From: the human T2T-CHM13v2.0 reference genome, Homo sapiens
Assembly: GCF_009914755.1 (NCBI RefSeq)
Contig: NC_060934.1
Direction: 5' to 3' (one strand)
Length of the DNA stretch: 64,000 nt
Both the position numbers and the translations under genes were made by a program. This document shows positions 1 to 28,421 of this stretch, in pieces; within the stretch, counting starts at the first letter, position 1; each line of letters starts with the position of its first letter. Under the pieces are notes generated by a model. The model was not told where the DNA came from, ran no database searches, and was given only the letters and a program-made list of their open reading frames with translations.

Positions 1-78
1 CCGGGGCTCCCACAGTGGGAGGTGCCGTCCTCCTCCAGAAGGTGGCAGTGACCCCCCCACCACTGTGCTTCTGCCTAG

Positions 79-12381
<12,303 letters not shown>

Positions 12382-13882
12382 CCGAGCTCGGGCCTGGTGT
12401 GGAATTCCAGATCCGAATCCGACTGTGGGGGGCGGGCTGGGAGGTGGGAGCCGCGTCTCAGGCCCGGCCGTTATCAAGGCCCCTCCGCCCCCGAACCCTG
12501 GGGAGCTGGACCAGGAGGTGGAGGCTCAGGGGACCCCATGGGGACAGGCAGAGCTGGTCTCCTCCCAGCAGACGGAGCCAGGACGGGCACAAGAGTCTTG
12601 GAGGTTTGCGTGTTTCTGCTAGAATTAAAAAGTTAAATTTAAAAATGAAAATGAAAGACAGCTTCCCAGGAGTTTTGTGCCTGTCTGCGCCTCTCACACA
12701 CAGATAAGTGGCTCTTACCCAGCTCTCAGTGACTCCCCCACAAAACAGCAACAGCCTCCACCGCCAACTCAACAAACTTCAGAGTAGCTCCTCCCTGAGC
12801 AGGTTTCTGAGCCAGCCTCGGTTGGCTGAGCAACGAAGGGCCAAAGCTGACCTCTGAGTGGCCAACTGCAGCTCCCAGGGACTCCGAGACCTCCGGTCCG
12901 AGACCCTGCCTGGGTTCACCCCCCACAACCCAGACCCAGAACCGCTCTCCCCTTCCCTGCCCAGTGCCCCTCTTCCCCAGCCCAGACCCCCAGGTGCCCA
13001 AGGCCTGCTGCTGGAGCAGGCACCTTGGGCTGGGCCTGCTCCCCCAGGGCCCAGGGCCCCCCAGCTTAGAACAGCCCTTGGTGAGGTGGTCATGCCCGGG
13101 CAAAGGCCCTGCTTCCTGGAAAGGACACTCAGAGCAGCTCCAAGACAGAGGCTCTGTGGCGGGGGTCCCTGAGAGTGCCCCCACCCATCTCATGCCCCAG
13201 GGACCGCCACTGCCCACCGCCTCCAGCAGCCATGCATGTGCGCCCGCAGCCCTGCCTCCACAGCTCGCCACACACTCACGCTTCGCCAGAGACAGGAAGT
13301 GCGCTGCCTCCACGGCCCCTTGCCCTTGCTCAGGTTCTTGGACCCCAGGCAGCTGGTGTGGAGCCCCTTGGCCAGGGCCATGGGAGTCCCGCGCAGTCAG
13401 CTCCACATTGGCCTCTGCAGCTGGGTGACCAGAGCCCCGGGCACGGCCCCAGCTCCGTGGGGCTCTCACGGTGCCAATCACAAGACCCAGGGTTGTGCTT
13501 TTGAGTTTTAGAATTAGTCATTCTTTAGAGCAGCCAGCTAGTGGCATTTCTAGGAAAACTGTGACCTGTGACAAATCGCTGCATTTTTAATGTCAAGATG
13601 TGTTTTCCCACATAAATTCACCGGAGACATCCGGGCCCCGCTTCGATGTAACATGAGAGGAAGTCGGCGTCCTGGCCACGAAATGCAGTTCACTTTTTTT
13701 TAGGCTTTTATATGGATTATGTTTTGCTGACCCACGCCCGCATTTTCAGATTTTGTATCTAACAGACAGTGCTCAGTGCAAATCAACATTCCAGCGGTCA
13801 GGACTGACCCCGGGGCAGCACTGGGCTCAGGCTTCAGCGCGACTGTCCGCATGGCTCCCTCCCGTCCTGGCACCAATTTCTG

Positions 13883-13888
13883 AATAAA
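13883..13888 (+). terminator. Probable KNDC1 poly(A) signal AATAAA
   Basis: First AATAAA after the stop, about 1.5 kb 3'UTR, followed by GT-rich TGTGTGGTC. Alternatives: ATTAAA at about 12624 and AATAAA at 14895. Confidence 0.7.
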
Positions 13889-14974
13889 GTCCTTTCTACC
13901 AGCTGCTGCTGTGTGGTCACTCTGCGGGTCCCCACGGTGACCTCTGCAGGTCGACACGTTTTCCTTCATGGCCGCACGAAGGCCCCTTACAGGTGCTCAC
14001 AAGGACTCCAGGTGCGAGATGTGCTCAACCCAGGACTGAAAACGAATCTGCCGGTCCACAGCGACGCCCTCTGATGCCGCAGAGAAAGGCCCGGGCCTGC
14101 CAGACGTGTGTCACAACTCAGGCCCCACCAGGAGAAAAGCTGCCGCCAGAACTCCCAGGCCGTGGGAACAAGCAAACGCACCGGCTGGGGCAGGAAACAC
14201 TTGCTTCTGGTTGTGACTGCAAACAGCCTAAAAGAACGGACTCCCGTAACCACGCTCCTGTGTGCGCACGTCCAGGCTCGCCCTCCATTGACAAAAAGGA
14301 CGTCCCTCATGCTGGATGTGCAGTGTCTTCATCCAAGATCAGGACGGGCGTCTGTCCATCAGTTCTTACAGGCTATTTGCACAGACCCACGGCTGTTCTT
14401 GGGTCAATCTGCGCTAAACTCTGCCCAACCCAGCCAGTTCCCACCTGGCAGCCCTGTGGGCAAGACAGAGCTGGGTCCCCCGTCATCACGGTGCAAGCTC
14501 GCCGTAACTCTGACCACAGTGGAGCAGGAGGCCAGGACGGGGAGCTCCTGCAGGTGGGGCTTGTGGCCCGGGAAAGGACACTCTCACGGTTGTCACAGGG
14601 TAAGACTGGTGGACACCACTCAGGGAGGGGCTCACAGCCAGGGCTTCCAATGGTTTTGGGGTTGTAAACTGTGGATGCTTTTGGGAAAAGAGCTGATGGG
14701 TCTTTCGGGAAGTTCCCGTGATGAACGGTGCGGTTATCCGCCTGGAGGGAGGCCCAGGAGAAGCCGAGAAGACAAGATGGTGGAGTCCAATTGTGCTGGA
14801 CAGGAGCTGCCCGAGACAGGGGGCCCTGGTCCTGGTCATGTGTGCGTCCTCGCCCCCACGCCATGCAGGCCGGACCCCTCACTGCAGTGGCTCCAATAAA
14901 TTCAGCTCCGCTGAGCACAGGACTTTTCTCTTAGAGAGCTGACAGCCAGCAACCTCATGAGCCTCGCTTCTCGG

Positions 14975-15096
14975 CGCCATCCACTCCCCGGCTCTGTCCC
15001 CCACGCCGCCATCCACTCCCCGGCTCTGTCCCCCACGCCGCCATCCACTCCCCGGCTCTGTCCCCCACGCCGCCATCCACTCCCCGGCTCTGTCCC
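14975..15096. repeat. 32-bp minisatellite, about 4 copies (CGCCATCCACTCCCCGGCTCTGTCCCCCACGC)
   Basis: Unit starts at 14975, 15007, 15039, 15071. Confidence 0.9.
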
Positions 15097-15233
15097 AGAC
15101 GGGTTCAAGGCAGGCTGTGCTGTGCACTGCAGTGCCACTGTGGGCTAGACAGTCTGCGCTGGCGTCCTGTGCACCATCATCTCTGATCTCCACCCATCAG
15201 ATGCCCCCAGCACCCCCAACCCTCAGTTATTAA

Positions 15234-17105
<1,872 letters not shown>

Positions 17106-17189
17106 AAGGAGGAAGAGCATTTAATAGGAAGAGAATTTCCTCCTCCCAGGGATGCTGGCTGCAGACGCGCTGCAGATGGAAGAAGTTCA

Positions 17190-17780
17190 GATTTTAAAAG
17201 CTACTTCTGCGAGCGCGTGAATTCCGACACCCATTCCCGCGGCTGGCGTGGCTTCTCCTCGGACCCATCCCCTGGCCTGGCGACTCCCCCTGGGACCCGG
17301 GTCGGTCCTCCGGACCCCTCGCGTGCAGGTGCTGAGCCCGGGCGGGGGCGGCGGGGGCGGGGGCAGCACTGGGGGCCGGACAAGGGGGCGCCAGCGCCTT
17401 CCGGAGCGGGAGGGGCTCCGCACACACCTCGACGGGGGCGGGGGTAGGCTCGGCACAGGCTAAAAACGAGCGGAGCCGCCGGGGCTTAGGCATCGCGGCA
17501 CCTCCGTTGAACGGGTCTAAGAACAGAACTCCTGAGGACCCTCCGTTTCCAACCGAAGCCAGTCTTTGCTCTGCGTCTTCCCGGCCGCAGCGCCAGGACC
17601 GACCCCTTAGGACCCGGCGGGCGGGGCGGGGCGCGCGGGGCGGGGCGGGGATGGTGGGAGGGTCGCGTAGACCCGGCTGGGACGGAGGGACGGCGGCGCG
17701 GGATGCTCAGAACGCGTGTGGGCGGCCCGGGCGGCGTCTGGCCCTCTCCCCATCCTCGCGCGCCGCGCCCCAGCCCCGGG
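17190..17780 (+). promoter_or_regulatory. UTF1 CpG-island, TATA-less promoter with clustered GC boxes
   Basis: Very high CpG density. GGGCGGGGCGGGG runs at about 17617-17650 and 17340-17360. Confidence 0.8.
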
Positions 17781-18934
17781 ATGCTGCTCAGGCCCCGCAG
17801 GCCGCCCCCGCTCGCGCCCCCCGCGCCGCCCTCGCCCGCCAGCCCCGACCCCGAGCCGCGGACACCCGGAGACGCCCCGGGGACCCCGCCCCGGAGGCCC
17901 GCCTCGCCCAGCGCGCTGGGGGAACTCGGGTTGCCGGTGTCCCCGGGCTCGGCGCAGCGCACGCCCTGGAGCGCCCGGGAGACGGAGCTGCTGCTGAGGA
18001 CGCTGCTGCAACCGGCCGTGTGGCGCGCGCTGCTCCTGGACCGCCGCCAGGCCCTGCCCACCTACCGCCGCGTGTCGGCCGCGCTGGCCCAGCAGCAGGT
18101 GCGCCGCACCCCCGCGCAGTGCCGCCGCCGCTACAAGTTCCTTAAAGACAAGTTTCGCGAGGCGCACGGCCAGCCGCCCGGGCCCTTCGACGAGCAGATC
18201 CGGAAGCTCATGGGGCTGCTGGGCGACAACGGGCGCAAACGGCCTCGCCGCCGCTCCCCGGGGTCCGGGCGCCCCCAGCGCGCCCGCCGCCCGGTCCCCA
18301 ACGCGCACGCGCCGGCTCCCAGCGAACCAGGTAGGCGGGGGACTGGGGGGCCAGGTGGGGCCGAGGACTGCGGAGGAACCGGGGGCTGCCGAGGGCTGCG
18401 GGGGAGGGGCGGGCGCGCCCCGCGAAAATCCGCCCGACCGCCTGCTCCGCGTTCCCAGACGCCACCCCGCTGCCCACCGCCCGCGACCGCGACGCGGACC
18501 CCACCTGGACGCTCCGCTTCAGCCCGTCCCCACCGAAGTCTGCGGACGCCTCCCCCGCCCCCGGCTCCCCGCCAGCTCCCGCCCCGACCGCCCTCGCCAC
18601 CTGCATCCCCGAGGACCGCGCGCCCGTCCGCGGCCCCGGGTCCCCGCCGCCACCCCCGGCCCGCGAAGACCCCGACTCGCCGCCCGGCCGCCCCGAGGAC
18701 TGCGCGCCCCCTCCGGCCGCGCCCCCGTCGCTGAACACCGCCCTGCTGCAGACCCTGGGGCACCTGGGCGACATCGCGAACATCCTGGGCCCGCTGCGCG
18801 ACCAGCTGCTGACCTTGAACCAGCACGTGGAGCAGCTGCGCGGCGCCTTCGACCAGACAGTGTCCCTGGCCGTGGGCTTCATTCTGGGCAGCGCGGCCGC
18901 CGAGCGAGGGGTCCTCAGGGACCCGTGCCAGTGA
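17781..18934 (+). CDS. UTF1: UTF1, undifferentiated embryonic cell transcription factor 1 (Myb/SANT-like CD1, leucine-zipper CD2), 341 aa
   Basis: Exon 1 CDS 17781-18330 ([37 protein letters not shown]), intron 18331-18458 GT..AG, exon 2 18459-18934 (..[24 protein letters not shown]). 550+476=1026 nt. Confidence 0.97.
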
Positions 18935-19027
18935 GTCCCGGCTGCGGCCAGTCTCCCCTCTCCAGGCCGAGGCCCCTCCGCCCTGACCCCTCCTGCTGCC
19001 TTCCCACCCTCGTTCTTGGGTACGTTC

Positions 19028-19033
19028 AATAAA
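19028..19033 (+). terminator. UTF1 poly(A) signal AATAAA
   Basis: About 95 nt after the stop codon. Confidence 0.85.
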
Positions 19034-19835
19034 AGGATTGTTTTCCTAGAGTCCGGGCTGTGTAGGAGTGCGGGTCTGGAGACGGGGAGGGAGTGGCGCC
19101 CTGCAGTGCTGGGGCTGCAAAGGTCAGGGCAGGGTTGCGACGCTCTCATCACAGAGAGGGGCTCCCACTCGCTCCTAAGGTGTAGACAGAGCTCCGTGGG
19201 GCGCACCCAAATGTAGGCCGAGGAGGCCAGGCTCGAGGGTGGTGGGCGTGGTGCCTGCTGCCGGGTCCTGGTCACACACTCGGTTCTCAAGGCCACACCA
19301 GACTCTCCCTGCCCCTCCCGGGGAGCCCCACTGAGTAAAACGAAGTGAACGGGTGGGCTCCGCTGGGGGTCCGGAGAGAACCTGAGGCTGACCCCACCTC
19401 TTCACTCAATGCAGGGGTAGGGGTTAGAGTGGTCGCCTCCACACTGCCCAGCAGAGAACCCCCTTTGACCCAGGAGTAGCATGGGGGGTTCCGAAGGTCC
19501 TCCCATGGCCTCGGGCAGCCTTGGACCACCCGGCTGAACTCTCCCAGGTCCTGGGAAACAAAAGGGGAAGAGAAGCCACAGAGCTCCAGGGAGGATGCTG
19601 GTTTTGTCTCCAGGGAGGTGGCTCTGGTCTGGGTGGGCCTAGGGAGGCGCTGAGCGTCTGGGGTGTGATCCTTGGGCAGAGGCTGAGGGCAGGGTCCTTG
19701 CAATTTTGAGAAAACCGAAGCAAACCTGCCCAGGAAGTATTTTCCAAGTAGCAATAGAGGGCCCCACCCTGGACCCCTGAGTCAGAAGAGGGATTGGCTG
19801 GAGCCGGAGATACAAATGTAGCCTGGAGGAGTTCC

Positions 19836-19850
19836 GCTAGCATAACAATG
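19836..19850 (-). promoter_or_regulatory. SOX2/OCT4 composite element of the UTF1 3' enhancer (CATTGTT-ATGCTAGC)
   Basis: Plus strand reads GCTAGCATAACAATG. This matches the known UTF1 downstream Sox-Oct element with a variant octamer. Confidence 0.9.
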
Positions 19851-20147
19851 CCTGCAAATTAGTGGGCCCATCCAGAAAGACAAGTGGTTTGCCCAGGGCC
19901 ATGCAGCTAAATGGGGCTGGGGGGGTCCCCGCTGGCCCAGCACCCAGCAGTCCTGAGGGGTTCCCTGTGGGTGGTACGGTTGCAGCCCCTCCTGCACATG
20001 CTTTTCTGGGGATCCAGAAGAATAGTTCCCGCTAGTGCTAAAGGCTGCTCCTGGGGAAATGAACGGCTTGCCCAGGTCTGAGGGGGAGGCCTGTGAGACC
20101 ACGCCTGCAAGAACTGACTCCAAGCCTCACCTCATTTAAGAAACTGA

Positions 20148-22049
<1,902 letters not shown>

Positions 22050-22104
22050 GCTTAGCGTTTCTTTATCGGCCATGCACCAGACCAGCCCCACTTCCTAGTG
22101 GACG

Positions 22105-22340
22105 TGTCGGGGAGCGGGGAACATGGGGGAGTCGGGGAGCGGGGAGTGTGGGGGAGTCGGGGAGGGGAGCGTGGGGGTGTCAGGGAAGGGGGCGTGGGGT
22201 GTCGGTGAGGGGGGCATGGAGGTGTCGGGGAGGGGGGCGTGGAGGTGTTGGGGAGCGGGGATCGTGGGGCGTCGGGGAAGGGGGCACGTGGGATGTCAGG
22301 GAGGCCGAGGCCACAGGGGTGGGTGTTGGGGAGGGGTTGG
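22105..22340 (+). repeat. G-rich low-complexity tract (G-quadruplex-prone)
   Basis: Many GGGG runs with short loops. Confidence 0.8.
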
Positions 22341-22354
22341 GGAATCTCTACAAA

Positions 22355-22755
<401 letters not shown>

Positions 22756-22759
22756 CCTC

Positions 22760-25404
22760 CCCCTCAGGTGGTCCCAGAGTGCTCGGAGGAGGCTCGGGCG
22801 AGTCGCGACGGGGCCGGCAGCACGCGCTGGGCCCGGTGTCTGTCCTCAGGCCCTGGACTCGGGGGGAGCGCGTTTCGGGGACTAGCTGGACTCCGGGCTG
22901 TGCGTGGGGGCGGTGCTGTCGGCCTGGGAGTGACGCGGGACTTCCTGCCCAGCGCAACCCGGCCTGGCCCCCGAGGGTGGGGGACAGGGCGACGCCCGCG
23001 GGGACCACGCTCTGGGGCGTGCGGGGCGCAATTCACGGGGCTGGGCTGCCCCAGGGGCTGGGAGGAAGGAGGCGGGGGGGCGCCCAAGTCTCCTACCCAT
23101 GGCAGCGCATCAGGGCGCGTCCCAGAGCCGGGGGTGGACGGAGGCTTGGAGGCGGAGGCTTTGGGGACCCCCAAGCCTGGGCTAGAGCAGCCTCGGCGGG
23201 CTCTAGAGGGAGGGTGGAGGGAGGGGCCCGGGCTGCAGGAGGCGGGGAGGCCTGAGCCACGGTGGTGGGGCCGCTGGGCAGGAGAGAGGGGCTGCCTGAC
23301 CCTGCCGTGTGAAGGTGAGGTTGTCTTCGGGCTTGGGGGGATCGGAGGGGGCGGTTCAGGTGGAGGTGGTGGCGGGGGGCTGGGAAACCGGCAGGAGGGG
23401 CTCTATGTAGAGCTGGGGGTGGGGGTGCTGAACCACGTACAGAAGGGGGCTGAGACACCGGGGCCCTGGGCCCCGGAAATTAGAAATGGAGAAATGGAAG
23501 GCTGGGTGCTGGCGTTTCGGAAATGCATGCTCGTGGTGTTCCTCTTTATGTAAGGGAAGCTTCTGGGCCTTTTCCCTGCCTGTCGAACGTTCTGTATGTT
23601 TTTGCGGGATGTGTGAGGTGTGCTGTCTTGCTCCACTTTGAGGCACCGCCCCCACTGCGGGAGTGCTGGGGACCTGCCCCATGGGGCATCCTCGGGGCCA
23701 GCCCTGTGGCCACAGGCATCTGGGCCCTCGCTGCCCCTGGCCGGGACACACTGCCGGTCCTGTGCAGTGGCTCAAAGCCCCTCTACCGGGGGTGACCCGG
23801 TCTCTCCGGAGATGAAGTGCAGCGGGGGTCTAGGCCGGCTTCCTGGCCCCCCACCCCTCCTGGCTTTACCCCCGAGGCCACGTCCAAAGCCCCCAGCGCC
23901 CCACCCCCGCCAGCCTCCCCCTTGAGGGCCCAGTGACCTAACTGGGCCGGCAGGGTCCGAGGAAGACCAGGGTCAGCGGCGGCACGGTCCGTTCCGCGAC
24001 CCCTCTCCTGTGACCCCAGGTAGGCCGCCGATCGGTTCCCGGCTGAGGTCCCGCCCCAGCGCCCGCCTCCCGGGCTCCAACCTCTTTGCTCAGCCCGGGA
24101 GGCTCGGCTGGCTGGGGCGGGCGTAACCGTGGGGCGAGGCCCGCCGGTCTTTCTGATTTCCGCGGGCGGCGTGGGCGCTGAGGCAGCCGCGGTCAGGACC
24201 TGGCCGGGAGTCGGGGCTGCTCCGTGGACCCCGCGTCTGCGCCGAAACCCCGCATGGCTTCGGGGGCCGGACCTGCGCCTCCGCCTAACTCCGGCCGCCG
24301 GAGACGCCGTGCGGACCCCAAGCCAGTGCGCGGAAGACACCGTCCTACCCTCGGCATGGCTGCCTCCCACCCGGTCACGTCGGTCCCCGCGCCCCACGCC
24401 GACGCGCAGGCGACCCGGGGACGCGGAGACGCAGACAGCTCGGGACTCAGGTTCGTGGGAGCAGCGGCCGCGCGTGGCTATGACCGTCCCGGGGGCCCGT
24501 GCTCAGGGCGTCCCCGTGAGGTTTGGGCGCCACAGTCACCGGCGGCTCTGCCCGCGCCCTGGCCACAGTGGGGACAGCCTGGCTTGGCGGGGACGCACCA
24601 GTCCCGCCGCCGACGCGGAGTTCCTACCCCGCCGTGCGAGGCAGTGGCTCCGGCCCTTCCAGCTCGGGATGGAGTCAGGGAGCCGCCCGCGCCCGAATGC
24701 AGAGGCTCCTGCGATGGCCCCGGAGTGAGTCCCCCAGAGGAGCCGGATTAGGGCTGGAGGCGGCCGAGTCCCCCGAGAGGCCCCTCCCGACATTCCCGCC
24801 CCCGCGCGCCGCTCCCCGGGTCCTCCGCGTCTCTTTCCCGGGAAAGCCTCCCTCGGTTCCTGCGCGGCCGCACAGCCTGGACGCAGCGCACGCGGGCACC
24901 GGCCTGACTCTCCCACCCCGAAGCCTGCTCCCAACCTAAGTCCGCCCTGACTCTCCCAGCCTGAAGCCTGCTCGCCCTCGGGTGTCCGGGCTGGGCACAG
25001 GCGCCAGCGTCCCCCTGGAGAGGAGAGGTCGCCCGGCACCTCCCAGGACAGGCCCAAGTGGGAGTGGGACCCTCCTACCTTCCTGCAGCCTCGGCCCGCG
25101 GGGTGGGGGGTTGGGAGAGATGAAAGGAGGTGACCGATCCCGAACCATCGCCTCTCCATTAACCAGGGCCCGCAGCCCCGCCCCTCCCCCAGACATCGAG
25201 GAGCCGGGGAGGTGTGAACGGCCTCCTTTGTGCCTCTGAATCGAAGGCAATTAGGCGCTGCTTATCTGGGCATTAGCCGTGTATGCAAACCGGGCTCCCG
25301 CCCCCTCCTCCTGGGCTTATAAACGCCGCCGCCTGGCGAGGCCCGAGGTGGATCCTGCGCCTGGCCAGCCCCGCCTGGCCTTCCCTCCGGCCCACCTGGC
25401 CGCC
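22760..25404 (+). promoter_or_regulatory. Large CpG island and VENTX promoter, TATAAA at 25318-25323
   Basis: CpG-dense region. The TATA box lies about 85 nt upstream of GCCGCCATG. Confidence 0.75.
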
Positions 25405-27796
25405 ATGCGCCTCTCCTCCTCCCCACCTCGTGGCCCGCAGCAGCTCTCCAGCTTTGGCTCCGTGGACTGGCTCTCCCAGAGCAGCTGCTCAGGGCCGACC
25501 CACACCCCCAGGCCTGCCGACTTCTCCCTGGGGAGCCTCCCTGGCCCGGGCCAGACATCCGGCGCCCGGGAGCCCCCTCAGGCCGTCAGCATCAAGGAGG
25601 CCGCCGGGTCCTCAAATCTGCCTGCGCCGGAGAGGACCATGGCCGGTAGGTCCGGGTGGGGGGGGTCCCTTCCTTCCCAGGTGGAGATGGGAGTGGGGGA
25701 GAGGCCAGGAGCCCGGCGGCTGCACTCCCCGCGGTGCCCTGCCCACTAGGTCAGGGCCGGGGGCGTTTCCATGAGGGCCGGCGGAGGCCTTGCCGGCGCC
25801 CTCACTGGAGCGCAGCTTCCCTCGGAACCAAAGCCTTGACGGGGATTTCCTCTCCTTGAGCCCCCGGTGGGCTCCTCTGCCTCCTTTTGTCACCCCGTTC
25901 CTCAGCTGTGTCTTCGTCCCCCACCCCGGCCTGGTGCCGAGGGACCGTCCAAGGGGTCCCCGTCCGCACCTCCCTGCCCTGATTCCGGGCGCTCACTGAA
26001 AGTCTCGATGATTTGCCAAGCCCCCCGCCCCCGCCCCCCAGCACAGCCGGTGCCTGCTCAGCGTCTAGGCTCAAGCCCATTCCGGGTCACCTGGAGCACA
26101 GCTGTCTTTAAAGAGCCTGCAGGTTCGCTGCAGGGGTGGCGGTGACCCCGATGCCTGCAGAAACTCTGAAGTTCCCTCTGTGGCCGCCCAGATGCTCTGT
26201 TGTCTGCTGAGAACAAAGGTTCTCTGCGTTTGTGTTTTAGTCTTTGTGACATCATCACCACTTTTAGGTTTAAGGTAGTACTTGGTCAAAAGTGGGGTTG
26301 ACATCATCTACAAGTTTTCATTTTTAAAAATTTGACTGATCCTTATGGAGTGACTTTGTACTTAAGGGAAATGAAAATTTAAATGTATTCTCCCCAGCTA
26401 GCTATCCTGCCCCACCCCAAAAAAGCCAGCCATCCCTGTCCCGCAACCCCCTTTCTGATGCCAGTCCTACAGCCCTCCCTGCCAGAAGGCATTTGCTTTT
26501 TGGGTCTACCATGTGCTTTCAGGCTAACGTTAAGACAGATTTTGTAAAATACGCTTCCTTCCGCAGAAACTCCAGCGAGCATTTTGGTCAGACTTGCATT
26601 TAATGTCGAGCTCGATTGGCCACGTTGGCCTTTCCTGGGACCCAGACCCAGCTCCACAGACCACCTCGTGGGGCCGTTTGGTGCCAGCCCCCATTCCTTA
26701 ACTTAGAAATTAGGAAACAGACTTGACCACAGTGGGCCTGGGGATTAACTGAGTTGGCCTCCGCTGGCTGAGGAGACGGAGCCCGGGACAGGGATGGGTG
26801 CCCCTGGGTGGGTCGCCAGGCCTTTGCATATAATGGATTCTTACCTTACCGGCCTGGAAGGCTGTGGGAAGGGCATCCTGGGAACTGGCTTCTGGAAGGG
26901 AAGTGTGGGATGGGGCGGAACTGAGTGGACTGAGCGGAGGGCAGGCCCAAGCTGCTGTTAACATTCCCTCCCCTCTTGAGCCCCCTCTCTGAGCCCCCTT
27001 TCCGCATGTGACCTGGGAGGCGGCGGGGGTGCTGCTGGTCACTGTCAGGTGAGAAGATCTGCCCTGCCCAGCCCCCAGCATGGCTGTCTTCACCTGTTAC
27101 CCGTGGGCACGAGCTTGCCCCATGGGGTGGCATGTTGAGCCAAATGCCCTTACCCTCTATGTCAGGGTTGAGTAAGGAGCCAAATACCTTGCGGGCCCCC
27201 CGTGTCCGCACAGCCTTCACCATGGAGCAGGTCCGCACCTTGGAGGGCGTCTTCCAGCACCACCAGTACCTGAGCCCTCTGGAGCGGAAGAGGCTGGCCA
27301 GGGAGATGCAGCTCTCAGAGGTCCAGGTGAGGTGGGCCGGGCAGGCTGGGGTGGGCAGGGGTGGGCAAGGGTGGGCTGGTGGCCTAGTCTCACCCCTGTT
27401 CTGATCTTGCTTTTCCTACAGATAAAAACCTGGTTTCAGAATCGCCGCATGAAACACAAACGGCAAATGCAGGACCCCCAGCTGCACAGCCCCTTCTCGG
27501 GGTCTCTCCATGCGCCCCCAGCTTTCTACTCAACGTCTTCTGGCCTTGCCAATGGCCTGCAGCTGCTGTGCCCTTGGGCACCCCTGTCCGGGCCCCAGGC
27601 TCTGATGCTGCCCCCTGGCTCCTTCTGGGGTCTCTGCCAAGTGGCACAAGAGGCCCTGGCATCTGCGGGAGCTTCCTGCTGCGGGCAGCCTCTGGCGTCC
27701 CACCCCCCTACCCCAGGCCGGCCTTCGCTGGGACCAGCCCTGTCCACGGGGCCCCGGGGCCTGTGTGCTATGCCACAGACGGGGGATGCATTTTGA
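25405..27796 (+). CDS. VENTX: VENTX, Vent-family (NKL) homeobox protein, 258 aa
   Basis: Exons 25405-25645 (MRLSSSPPRG..FGSVDWLSQS), 27166-27326 (PRVRTAFTMEQVRTLE..LSEVQ), 27422-27796 (IKTWFQNRRMKHKRQ..GDAF*). 241+161+375=777 nt, with homeodomain WFQNRR. Confidence 0.97.
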
Positions 27797-27932
27797 GGAG
27801 GCACCTCTGACTCCCACACTCGCGGTCTTGCTGATCGCACCTGGCTCCTACCTGGAGGACTCAGTTGTTCTGTTTACATCCTGGTGGCACCTCTCACCCT
27901 GACCCACACAAAGGTTCTGGAGATTACTGGAG

Positions 27933-28421
<489 letters not shown>

